Under the pieces are notes generated by a model. It was not told the origin of the DNA. It did not search any database and saw nothing but the letters and a program-made list of their open reading frames with translations. A stretch of DNA of 52,866 bases from a virus (taxonomy: Duplodnaviria; Caudoviricetes): positions 1-52,866 of the IMG/VR virus record IMGVR_UViG_3300007960_000032; one strand, written 5' to 3'. This document shows, in pieces, positions 1 to 7,988 of this stretch (positions are counted from its first letter, which is position 1; each line of letters opens with the position of its first letter). Position numbers and translations under genes: made by a program.

Positions 1-1
1 A

Positions 2-199
2 CTTGCTGATCATTTATATGTTAGTGGAATAGAAACTAAATCTGTATATCAGCAACCAATTTGGAATTTACCAGGCGCTTGTAATAATTGTAACAGACAT
101 CTAGCATTGCCATGTGATCCTTATACCACAGACCAAGAATTACTTCATATCATACGTAGTGTTAAAGAATTCTTCCAGGAACTTCCACTCGCGAGTTAA
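2..199 (+). CDS. C-terminal fragment of a DegT/DnrJ/EryC1/StrS-family PLP sugar aminotransferase (5' truncated by window edge)
   Basis: Manual translation of frame +2: LADHLYVSGIETKSVYQQPIWNLPGACNNCNRHLALPCDPYTTDQELLHIIRSVKEFFQELPLAS*. Resembles the GIETxxxY..P...LxLP..P..T.EE...II..VK.F C-terminus of DegT enzymes. Not in the supplied ORF track. Confidence 0.65.
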   Translation, partial: LADHLYVSGIETKSVYQQPIWNLPGACNNCNRHLALPCDPYTTDQELLHIIRSVKEFFQELPLAS

Positions 200-1384
200 G
201 TTTAAGTCCTGCCCTGAATCAATAAACCTCTGTGCATCATTAGCGCCACGCAAACTCCACTCAGCAAAATCACCTTCTGCTACAGTACACCATTGTTTAA
301 GTCTGTATCGACTTTCTATGTCATTGTTTTGTGCGAGCTTAATACACTCACGAAATGCTGTACGCCAGGTTGCATGTTTGTCTGTATTAAACTCTGCAAT
401 GCTACCCACAACAGGAACAACACCGTGTCTGGCGCTCAGTGTAAAGTCTAGTCCCCATTCATCTTGCTCTAGTACAAGTTTTTTATTGTATGCAATAATA
501 CCCATGTGGCCATATTCTAAACCTGTAACAGGATTGCGAGCATGGAAGATCCAATGTTTGTCTCCTTGCAGCCAATCTGGTTGCCAGTCGAAGTCAAACT
601 CAGGCAGTGTAACACACTTGGCAAATACATTAAAGAACCAAGGGGTATCACTAACCTCTGCGCATGCCTTGTATGCTTGTGCTCTGCCAGTAATTCCATC
701 AATTCGCTTTGCTCTAGGGCATATATCTTTTAGTATCTCCCAGTTTCTTTCAGCGTTTTTTTCACCATTTGAAAGATACACAACATCCAGTGGTTTTTCT
801 GCTATATTATGGGTATTATGACGCAAGATGTATGGGTAGTCGTAGTATTGTTCTTTAAATTGCGTTTTACAGTCCCTGGGCACTAGTAGTACACTTCCGC
901 TTTTATTAAAAACGTGTAGATTGCGTTCTTTCCACAAATTGGGGTCATAAGCTATACTTGTAGGGGTATTTTTAATCCATGCATAAAGTGTGCTGATTTC
1001 ACTCACATTCTTAACCGTAGGCCACGGTTTACGAGCTATTTCTGGCTGATTATGCCAGTTTATGTGCTCGTACCACTCAAGTAGTTTAAGCTCTTGTTCT
1101 TGCTTCTTAAAAGCACTGACAGGCACCAGGAAAGTATCGCCAAACTTCTGATCACCACTGGCCCAGCAATGTATTTGATCGGCTTCCCAGGGCACGGGTT
1201 GCCAAGTAAAGTCAAATGTTGCATAATTGCAACAGTCTGCTACAATCCACACATACTCCGTTCTAGCACGGTTAACACACCTGCGTATGGTATCCAGGTG
1301 TGTTCCGTTCCAGCGAGTGTATTCTGTGTGTGCAGGTAAGTCTACTGGTTCGTCAGTAATTTGCATGCAAAAGATATCAAACAT
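140..1384 (-). CDS. Phage glycosyltransferase-like (GT-A-like) protein with an internal domain duplication
   Basis: 414 aa. C-terminal half (LDVVYLSNGE...AKRIDGITG...WRTAFRECIKL) parallels the 11896-12816 protein (DTIFLTYDE...AKRVDGVEG...WRAGFREGVKM). FDFxWQP motif occurs twice. Confidence 0.6.
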   Translation of the reverse strand: MFDIFCMQITDEPVDLPAHTEYTRWNGTHLDTIRRCVNRARTEYVWIVADCCNYATFDFTWQPVPWEADQIHCWASGDQKFGDTFLVPVSAFKKQEQELKLLEWYEHINWHNQPEIARKPWPTVKNVSEISTLYAWIKNTPTSIAYDPNLWKERNLHVFNKSGSVLLVPRDCKTQFKEQYYDYPYILRHNTHNIAEKPLDVVYLSNGEKNAERNWEILKDICPRAKRIDGITGRAQAYKACAEVSDTPWFFNVFAKCVTLPEFDFDWQPDWLQGDKHWIFHARNPVTGLEYGHMGIIAYNKKLVLEQDEWGLDFTLSARHGVVPVVGSIAEFNTDKHATWRTAFRECIKLAQNNDIESRYRLKQWCTVAEGDFAEWSLRGANDAQRFIDSGQDLNLTREWKFLEEFFNTTYDMK

Positions 1385-1541
1385 CTTTTATGTCTGTTCT
1401 CACAATCACTTGTCGACAGTCTTCATTATACAAACCGTATACTCGCATATGTCCACAATACAACCCAGCACAGGATCCATATCCAGAGTTCTCAGGAACA
1501 CTTTCGACTATCTCTCTATCGCAATACTTGCATGTTTCCAT
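1377..1541 (-). CDS. Small Cys-rich protein (54 aa), possible metal-binding
   Basis: Manual translation METCKYCDREIVESVPENSGYGSCAGLYCGHMRVYGLYNEDCRQVIVRTDIKDV*. ATG overlaps the dCMP deaminase stop (TAATG), and the TGA lies just inside the start of the next gene. Fills the gap exactly. Confidence 0.65.
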   Translation of the reverse strand: METCKYCDREIVESVPENSGYGSCAGLYCGHMRVYGLYNEDCRQVIVRTDIKDV

Positions 1542-1951
1542 TAAATAGACATCTGCTCAACTTTAATGCCGCACTTTTCTAGAAAGTCAACGCCGTGTGT
1601 TAGGCGATATTCATGTACATAATAAACTTCAGTGATTCCGCTTTGGTAGAGTAGTTTAGCACAATCCATGCAGGGCTGATGAGTCACAAATGCTGTTGCT
1701 CCAGTGCCATTTTCGCTGCTACGAGCAAGTTTACAAATGGCGTTCGACTCTGCATGAAGTACCTCAGGTTTGGTTACATTATCATCTGTCTCGCACTCAT
1801 TTGTCCAGCCACTGGGCATGCCATTATAGCCAATACTAATAATGCGATTGTCTTTGACGATTACGCAACCAACTTGAAGTCGTGTTGCGGTTGAACATTC
1901 TGCATAGTTAAATGCAGACTTCATGTGTGCTTGTTTATGTTTTTGTTTCAT
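1541..1951 (-). CDS. cd: dCMP deaminase
   Basis: Zn-dependent deaminase motifs HAESNA and PCMDC; also VGCVIV..NRIISIGYNG. Confidence 0.93.
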   Translation of the reverse strand: MKQKHKQAHMKSAFNYAECSTATRLQVGCVIVKDNRIISIGYNGMPSGWTNECETDDNVTKPEVLHAESNAICKLARSSENGTGATAFVTHQPCMDCAKLLYQSGITEVYYVHEYRLTHGVDFLEKCGIKVEQMSI

Positions 1952-1957
1952 TTTAAT

Positions 1958-1986
1958 ATTATATAATTAAACACTCTATAAGTCAA
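1958..1986 (-). promoter_or_regulatory. Sigma70-type promoter for dCMP deaminase (probably leaderless transcript)
   Basis: Minus strand TTGACT (1986-1981), 17 nt, TATAAT (1963-1958), 6 nt, ATG (1951). Confidence 0.65.
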
Positions 1987-1989
1987 CTA

Positions 1990-2463
1990 CTAACCAAACC
2001 TTCCTAAGAACCTACCAATATGATGAATAAATGGCATTAAAGTTGCTGCCATAAACAGATTTACTCCAGTGTGCGCTAACGCAATCCTTAGTGTATCGCC
2101 CTTTGGCATACCGTCGGACACCAATGCTCCAGCAATCCATATAGTACCTGTTGTGCCAATGTTTGCACCCAGGACTGCCGCTATTGCCGCTGGCAGTGGC
2201 ACCGCACCACTTGCTACAAGAGCAATAATTGCAGTCGTAGACAATGACGAAGATTGCCACAACAATGTCATAATAATTCCACCTAAAAACATCCAATATG
2301 GATTATGAATAAAATAGGATAGATGATCTAAATTACCCATGGATTTCATTCCACCTGAAAACATCTTTAAACCAATATAAAAAATTACCAGCCCAACAAG
2401 GGTGGTAATTACAGGGTTACTTAATTCCATCTTTTTTACCTTTTTAATTAACTTATTTTTCAT
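1990..2463 (-). CDS. Na+/Pi cotransporter family (SLC34/NptA/YjbB-like) single-repeat membrane protein
   Basis: Signature QSSS...AAIAAVLGANIGTT and several hydrophobic helices. True start may be the ATG at 2430 (MELSNP). Confidence 0.85.
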   Translation of the reverse strand: MKNKLIKKVKKMELSNPVITTLVGLVIFYIGLKMFSGGMKSMGNLDHLSYFIHNPYWMFLGGIIMTLLWQSSSLSTTAIIALVASGAVPLPAAIAAVLGANIGTTGTIWIAGALVSDGMPKGDTLRIALAHTGVNLFMAATLMPFIHHIGRFLGRFG

Positions 2464-3948
2464 TTAACTGCATACCTTAACATTATATCGTTGTTGAAAT
2501 CTGTCTGCGTCTGCGCGGTCATTTACTACAGGCTCACCTCTAATGTTTAGACTAGTGTTTAATATAATAGGACAATCTGTCATTACATACCACATCTCTA
2601 ATAACTGCCTGGCACCTGTTTTGTCGTCTTTACCCACTGTTTGTACACGACTTGTTCCGTCAGCATGCACGATAGCAGGAAATTCTTTTGGAAACTTGCA
2701 CTCGTAGACACTCTGCATATACGGTTGATTGTCAAACTTAGGCATATCAAAATAGTCGTGTGCATGTTCTTCTAGGATCATTGGCGCAAATGGCCTAAAC
2801 TTTTGTCTGCGTTTAATTTCATTAACACGATCTTTAATGTCATCGCCTCTTGGATCAGCAAGTAAACTTCTATTACCCAATGCCCTGGGACCAAACTCTG
2901 CCCTGCCACTGGCAACGCCTACAATTTTATTTTCTATTAGTTCGCTTACTAGTTCCTCACAAGGATAGTCCCCAGGTATGTTAGTTCCTAAATAAGGACC
3001 TTGCCAGTTTAATTTCTTGCCGTAGGTCAATGCCGCCGCCCCTAAACTTGATCCACAGTCCCCAGGGTTGGGCATAATCCAAAGTCTATTCCAGATACTT
3101 CTTATCTGTGCGTTTGCTACACAATTAAGAGCAACCCCGCCCATAAACACACAAACGTCAATGTCTGGATTGCCTTCTGCTAGTTGACGCATTAGTGTAG
3201 TTAAACATCGCTCAACTACTAGTTGCCCAGCAATGGCTAAGTCTTCAGCCGGTGCATCTTTAAGAAACTCAGGATCCATACCTGCATGGAAATTCTGTGT
3301 CCAGGTTTGTTCATAATCCTCACATACAAACTCGTCATATACTTCTCTGTATTTGCTGGGATTTCCATAAGCAGACATTCCCATAAGGATATATTCTTCT
3401 TCCATGGGCTTTAATCCCACACGCTGAGTCATTGCACTGTAGAACAATCCCAGGCTATGTGGATAACGCTGGCTCATTATGCGGGTGTATTGTGCTTTTC
3501 CTCTGTTGTCATACTCAGCACGGTATGCGCTGTAAGTATCCCATTCACCAATGGCATCAACAACGACTACAATAGCCCGCTCGTAAGGACTTGTTTGAAA
3601 TCCAGCAGCGGCATGACTTAAATGATGTCTGTGATATTGGATGGGTCGGTTAACGCCTACTTCACTTAAATGCTGTTTAGGACTCTTATCAGTGAATGCC
3701 TTACGGAACTCACCGCTGTATATCTGTCTGGTTTTCTTAAGCCAGGGAGTTTCGTACCATGCTACTCTAGCAATCTCACCATGACTTAATGCTTCGTCGA
3801 TAATACCTTGATTTAAGTTAGCGTCGTTTTTTACACGACTATATCGTTCACTGTGAGCAGCAAAGAGTATATTGCCCCTGCTGTCAACAACACTAACTCC
3901 AGCGTCGTGGAACCCTGCACTCACACCTAATATATTACCTAATTTCAT
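2464..3948 (-). CDS. Carbamoyltransferase, NodU/CmcH/TobZ family
   Basis: Motifs HDAG, HHLSHAA, DAIGE, GGVALNC, EFGPRALGNRSLLADPR, FRPFAP, HADGTSRVQTV, LNTSLN. Confidence 0.95.
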   Translation of the reverse strand: MKLGNILGVSAGFHDAGVSVVDSRGNILFAAHSERYSRVKNDANLNQGIIDEALSHGEIARVAWYETPWLKKTRQIYSGEFRKAFTDKSPKQHLSEVGVNRPIQYHRHHLSHAAAGFQTSPYERAIVVVVDAIGEWDTYSAYRAEYDNRGKAQYTRIMSQRYPHSLGLFYSAMTQRVGLKPMEEEYILMGMSAYGNPSKYREVYDEFVCEDYEQTWTQNFHAGMDPEFLKDAPAEDLAIAGQLVVERCLTTLMRQLAEGNPDIDVCVFMGGVALNCVANAQIRSIWNRLWIMPNPGDCGSSLGAAALTYGKKLNWQGPYLGTNIPGDYPCEELVSELIENKIVGVASGRAEFGPRALGNRSLLADPRGDDIKDRVNEIKRRQKFRPFAPMILEEHAHDYFDMPKFDNQPYMQSVYECKFPKEFPAIVHADGTSRVQTVGKDDKTGARQLLEMWYVMTDCPIILNTSLNIRGEPVVNDRADADRFQQRYNVKVCS

Positions 3949-4143
3949 TTAACGTCTGTCTTGCAGTATGCGCTTTATAACTTCAGTTGCTGTATGAGTA
4001 AACAACCCTGGCACAATACTATGTACGATAAGTGCAGGCACCAATAGTTGAAATTTTATTGCCACTGTCAGTGCAACTATCATATGCTGCAATCCTGATT
4101 CATTTACTTCTGCTAAGTGTTTTTTACATTTTTTACTAAACAT
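3949..4143 (-). CDS. Small membrane-associated protein (DUF6356-like)
   Basis: 64 aa; pattern HL.EVNES..QH...A......L.....VH...P.LF..TA recalls DUF6356. Confidence 0.55.
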   Translation of the reverse strand: MFSKKCKKHLAEVNESGLQHMIVALTVAIKFQLLVPALIVHSIVPGLFTHTATEVIKRILQDRR

Positions 4144-4151
4144 GTTTCTGC

Positions 4152-4253
4152 CTATTTGTAAATAAAAGGATCTCTTTTTTTCAATTCTTTTAACCGTTTG
4201 CGGTATTGTATTTCCATTTTAATTCTGTTAATAATATTCTTAAGCCATGTCAT
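4152..4253 (-). CDS. 33-aa basic micro-protein ending KRDPFIYK
   Basis: Manual translation MTWLKNIINRIKMEIQYRKRLKELKKRDPFIYK*. GGAG Shine-Dalgarno-like sequence just upstream. Overlaps the end of the upstream radical SAM gene and fills the gap. Confidence 0.7.
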   Translation of the reverse strand: MTWLKNIINRIKMEIQYRKRLKELKKRDPFIYK

Positions 4254-5529
4254 CTGATATCTCTCCCCACCATGTAGATAACGCCTCATTGTCCAGGATG
4301 GTTTCTTCAAAAGTCATTCCTCCTCTAATAGTGTCTAATTTTTTAATTCTTTGCTTGCCCTGTATTCTTGCCTCTTGGAATGAATCAGGAAACTCTTCTT
4401 CAAAAGTAGGGCGTGTTACAAGGTTATTTAACACATCCTTTAGCGCCCTGTGATTTATTTTTGGTAGTACACTATTAATTATGCTTTCAAGAATGTCTCT
4501 GGGTAGAAACAATGGACTCATTGCTATGCTGGGATCAAAAGCAAAACACACTTTGGCAAGAATGTCCACATTAAGATCGTCTGCTAGTTTGCACATATTT
4601 TCCAGTTCAAATAGTCCTGGTGTGGTTAATGTAAAATCTAAGCGCATCTGGCGACGGTGACGGGCATGAGTTATACCTTGTTTAAAGTTTTCTAACCATG
4701 AATCGTATTTTAATCCAGTACGTATATACTCTCCTACCGGACCAGTGCCGTCAATACTAGCACATACCTGCCAGTCTCTAATGTTGTCTAATATGTCAGT
4801 GTATAAGTTAATGCCTTGATAGTCTACACGGCTTAGGTTTGTATTGTATCTAGCATATAACCCAGGGCCGTCTCCTAGTTCAATAATACGTTGCATGTAT
4901 CGCCAGTGTTGTTCGTACATCAGAGGCTCGCCACCAACCCAGTATATTTCCTCTATGCGATGTTCTTCTACAGCCTGACTAAACTCAGCCTCTATTTGTG
5001 TATCTTGATAGTTGCTAATTTGTTCTTTTACTGCTGGCTCCATCCAAGGTTCTATTTTACCTTGTTTACGAGCTTCTGTTTCCCAGCTACTTGATAACAT
5101 AGGGCCACACATACGACATTTAAAGTTACACAGGTTACTGAAACGATAGTCCCAGCTAATGGGCTTCATTGTAGTATATCCAGTTTCGTCTGTAGTTTTT
5201 AAAATTTGATCATACTTGTGACCAAACATTTGCCAGAAGTAACTGCGATATACATCAGTGTTCAGTAACTTGTTATTACATACTTCACATTCGGGAGGCA
5301 CAATGTTGTTTATCATATCACGCCTTACTCTACGGATACGTTCACTATTCCAATACTCATCTAAACTTTGCGGAGTGTATACGTTATCACCAGCATCTGT
5401 GTCAATGTATTGTGTAAAACTCTGTGCAGGTTCTCTGCTCGCACAACATAGACGTCTTTCTGTGACAGGTGACAAATACGTGTGAACCCAAGGTGCCATG
5501 CAGAGGCTATCTGGTTTATTCATAGCCAA
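4240..5529 (-). CDS. Radical SAM protein with N-terminal twitch/SPASM-like Cys cluster (copy 6, CxxPW type)
   Basis: CNFKCRMC (CxxxCxxC), GGEP, YNTN; N-terminal CMAPW...LCC...CEVC. Confidence 0.92.
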   Translation of the reverse strand: MAMNKPDSLCMAPWVHTYLSPVTERRLCCASREPAQSFTQYIDTDAGDNVYTPQSLDEYWNSERIRRVRRDMINNIVPPECEVCNNKLLNTDVYRSYFWQMFGHKYDQILKTTDETGYTTMKPISWDYRFSNLCNFKCRMCGPMLSSSWETEARKQGKIEPWMEPAVKEQISNYQDTQIEAEFSQAVEEHRIEEIYWVGGEPLMYEQHWRYMQRIIELGDGPGLYARYNTNLSRVDYQGINLYTDILDNIRDWQVCASIDGTGPVGEYIRTGLKYDSWLENFKQGITHARHRRQMRLDFTLTTPGLFELENMCKLADDLNVDILAKVCFAFDPSIAMSPLFLPRDILESIINSVLPKINHRALKDVLNNLVTRPTFEEEFPDSFQEARIQGKQRIKKLDTIRGGMTFEETILDNEALSTWWGEISDDMA

Positions 5530-6703
5530 TCATTTTTGCTACTTCAGGATGAGTTTCAGCGAATACAACACCACGTTGAATATCAGTCTGATCTAACTTC
5601 TTTCTCAGCGCCTCTCCTGTGTTTGCGTTGTCGTCGTTTAAACTAGTCATTGCAAACTCTTTAAGACTAATGATCCGATCCTTGTATTGCGGATGCAGGA
5701 TCTGACATTTTTGTAATACTAACATTAACGGTGATACCATGGCCTTGGGTAACTTGGATAAACTAAACTCCTCTGGGTCGTGCATTAGATTAAAATGTAT
5801 GTCGTCAATGCCACTGGTTTTTGCCCAGGTTAAGAAATCGTTCATATAAAAAATGTTTTGAACATTCCAGGTAACGCAGATCTGAAAACTTAGTGGATAC
5901 CCTTGTTCTTTTAATGCTAGGAATTTCTTAATATTACGGTTAACTGTAGCCCACTTTGCTCCGTCGCGTTCATATTCAAACCGTTCACCTACATTGTCAA
6001 TGCTAAACGCAATCTGAACATGTTTAAAGTTTTTCCATACTTCAAGTTGCTTGGGGTATTGTGTACCGTTTGTGTTATAGTGAATATCAATATCTTTAGC
6101 ATATCCCGATTTAGCAGCACGTTCTAGTAAATCAAAGTGTTGCTTGATTAGAAATGGCTCACCGCCGGTAAATTCAAAATATTTAATATCAGGCAGAATA
6201 CTGTCAACATGTTCCCAGAACTTCTTGCTCTTGCGGGGCCATTGTCCTTGTTTAAGCCATTGGCTGGCAATATTTTCTTTACCATGTTGTGCTATTTCTT
6301 CCTGGGCCCACTTACTTGAACTCCAGGATCCGCAAATACGACATTTTAGATTACATATGTTTCCTAGCTTTAAGTCCAGGAATTGTAGTGTTTCACCTTC
6401 TAAATTGGTGTAGTCAACTTCCACATGTTTAAACTTTTCCAACATGTATTCACGCTTGCTTTTCTTGCCAGCCTTCTCTTCTGACCAGCACCGTTGACAC
6501 TGCCCAGGTAGTTTATCTTCGCTAAATGCTTTCCTCAGTGACTTCATATAAGGACTGCGGAATGCTTCTTCAAGTGTATTTTTATTTAAATCAATATCAG
6601 GAACTTCACCAACTGCTAAACAACAAGGCCTAACTTGGCCCAGGGGTGTCGTCTCTAAACTAATCCAGGGAAGAATACATTTTCCTCCATACTCTCTAGC
6701 CAT
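5516..6703 (-). CDS. Radical SAM protein with N-terminal twitch/SPASM-like cluster (copy 5, CxxPW type)
   Basis: CNLKCRIC, GGEP, YNTNG; N-terminal CILPW...PCC...CQRC. Confidence 0.92.
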   Translation of the reverse strand: MAREYGGKCILPWISLETTPLGQVRPCCLAVGEVPDIDLNKNTLEEAFRSPYMKSLRKAFSEDKLPGQCQRCWSEEKAGKKSKREYMLEKFKHVEVDYTNLEGETLQFLDLKLGNICNLKCRICGSWSSSKWAQEEIAQHGKENIASQWLKQGQWPRKSKKFWEHVDSILPDIKYFEFTGGEPFLIKQHFDLLERAAKSGYAKDIDIHYNTNGTQYPKQLEVWKNFKHVQIAFSIDNVGERFEYERDGAKWATVNRNIKKFLALKEQGYPLSFQICVTWNVQNIFYMNDFLTWAKTSGIDDIHFNLMHDPEEFSLSKLPKAMVSPLMLVLQKCQILHPQYKDRIISLKEFAMTSLNDDNANTGEALRKKLDQTDIQRGVVFAETHPEVAKMIGYE

Positions 6704-7988
6704 GTTCTTTTAACCTCGCTAATTCTGGAAATACTTCAAAGAAATTTTCGTTTCTAAACTTATCCAAGTGATTTAATTTTTCCAATAATTCAGGAATCAG
6801 ATGACTGTTGTCCTGTTGTGTCATATAATTAACCGCTGCCATATATCCTTTGCTTGCTCTGCTAAACTCATCAATGGGAGTAAGGTATTCAATGTGAGCG
6901 TTAAACTTCTCAACTACTTCTTGTTTCATTGCTTCTGGTAATACATCGATTCTATAATACTCTGGGCTTTGCAATATATTAATATTCCAATCCATGGGAC
7001 GCAATAATCCCAGTTCAACCCATTCCTTGTGGAAGTCTGGAATGTGAAAGCTGTTCATAATACTTAACGTTGAGCTGACGTAAAAGTCTACAGTAGGGCA
7101 TACTTTCAGCATCTCTTCTCTGTTTTTAACTGTCTGTGCCCACTTAGTGCCTTTACGCATGAGCTCTGCTCGCTCGTGGCTAGCATCTAAACTTGCGCCG
7201 ATGCTAACACACTCAAACTCATTCCACAACGGAAGAACACTGCTACCTTTGAATACCAGTTCTGTAAAGTTGGTGTTATATACTAGTTTGACGTCTGTGC
7301 GACCTTGCCTCAATAACTCATTCAATAAGTCGTAGTGCTCTTTCATCATCAGCGGTTCACCACCGGCGAAATATACTTCTTCAATATAAGGAATATGCGG
7401 CAGTAGTTGTTCCCAGGCATCTGTTTCAGTCTTACCAGCATAACTTACATTTGGTGCGTCCTTAGGCAGCCAGTTCATTAATTTGGCTTCTTTAACCCAA
7501 TTACTACTAAACACATCGCCGCAACTACGACAGGACAAGTTACACAAATTACTAAATCGGACATCATAATAACGAATTTTAAACTCGTCATCGTCTATTG
7601 TTTTAATGTGATGTCCAAATGTTTGGTTACTGCTATTTCGCATACTAAAGAACCCTGATTCTTCTTGCTCATAGCATTTGTTACACACTTCGCTCTTGCA
7701 TTCAGTAACCATGTTCTTACGAAGATCTTGCATGGGTTTATCACGCCAAATCTCTTCCATGGTGTTTTCTCGCAATGAGCCAACATGGTTCTCATACTTT
7801 GCCAAACAACAAGGATAGGCTCTGCCGTCTGGATATGCATGCAAGTGTATCCAGGGTAGAATACAAAAGACATCACTTTTGACCAGGAGATCTCGTTCTT
7901 TGTCAGTAAGTTCTTCAGGTTTGATTTTAAGTGGCATTCTCTGCCCGTAATCATAATCACTGTAGTAGTTTTCTAGTTTATCTGTCAT
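6696..7988 (-). CDS. Radical SAM protein with N-terminal twitch/SPASM-like cluster (copy 4, CxxPW type)
   Basis: CNLSCRSC, GGEP, YNTN; N-terminal CILPW...PCC...CNKC. Confidence 0.92.
   Translation of the reverse strand: MTDKLENYYSDYDYGQRMPLKIKPEELTDKERDLLVKSDVFCILPWIHLHAYPDGRAYPCCLAKYENHVGSLRENTMEEIWRDKPMQDLRKNMVTECKSEVCNKCYEQEESGFFSMRNSSNQTFGHHIKTIDDDEFKIRYYDVRFSNLCNLSCRSCGDVFSSNWVKEAKLMNWLPKDAPNVSYAGKTETDAWEQLLPHIPYIEEVYFAGGEPLMMKEHYDLLNELLRQGRTDVKLVYNTNFTELVFKGSSVLPLWNEFECVSIGASLDASHERAELMRKGTKWAQTVKNREEMLKVCPTVDFYVSSTLSIMNSFHIPDFHKEWVELGLLRPMDWNINILQSPEYYRIDVLPEAMKQEVVEKFNAHIEYLTPIDEFSRASKGYMAAVNYMTQQDNSHLIPELLEKLNHLDKFRNENFFEVFPELARLKEHG

Noticed and set aside
114-821. 235-aa plus-strand ORF
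   Set aside because: Antisense shadow of the GT-like gene; Ser/Cys/Leu-rich with no motif or RBS.
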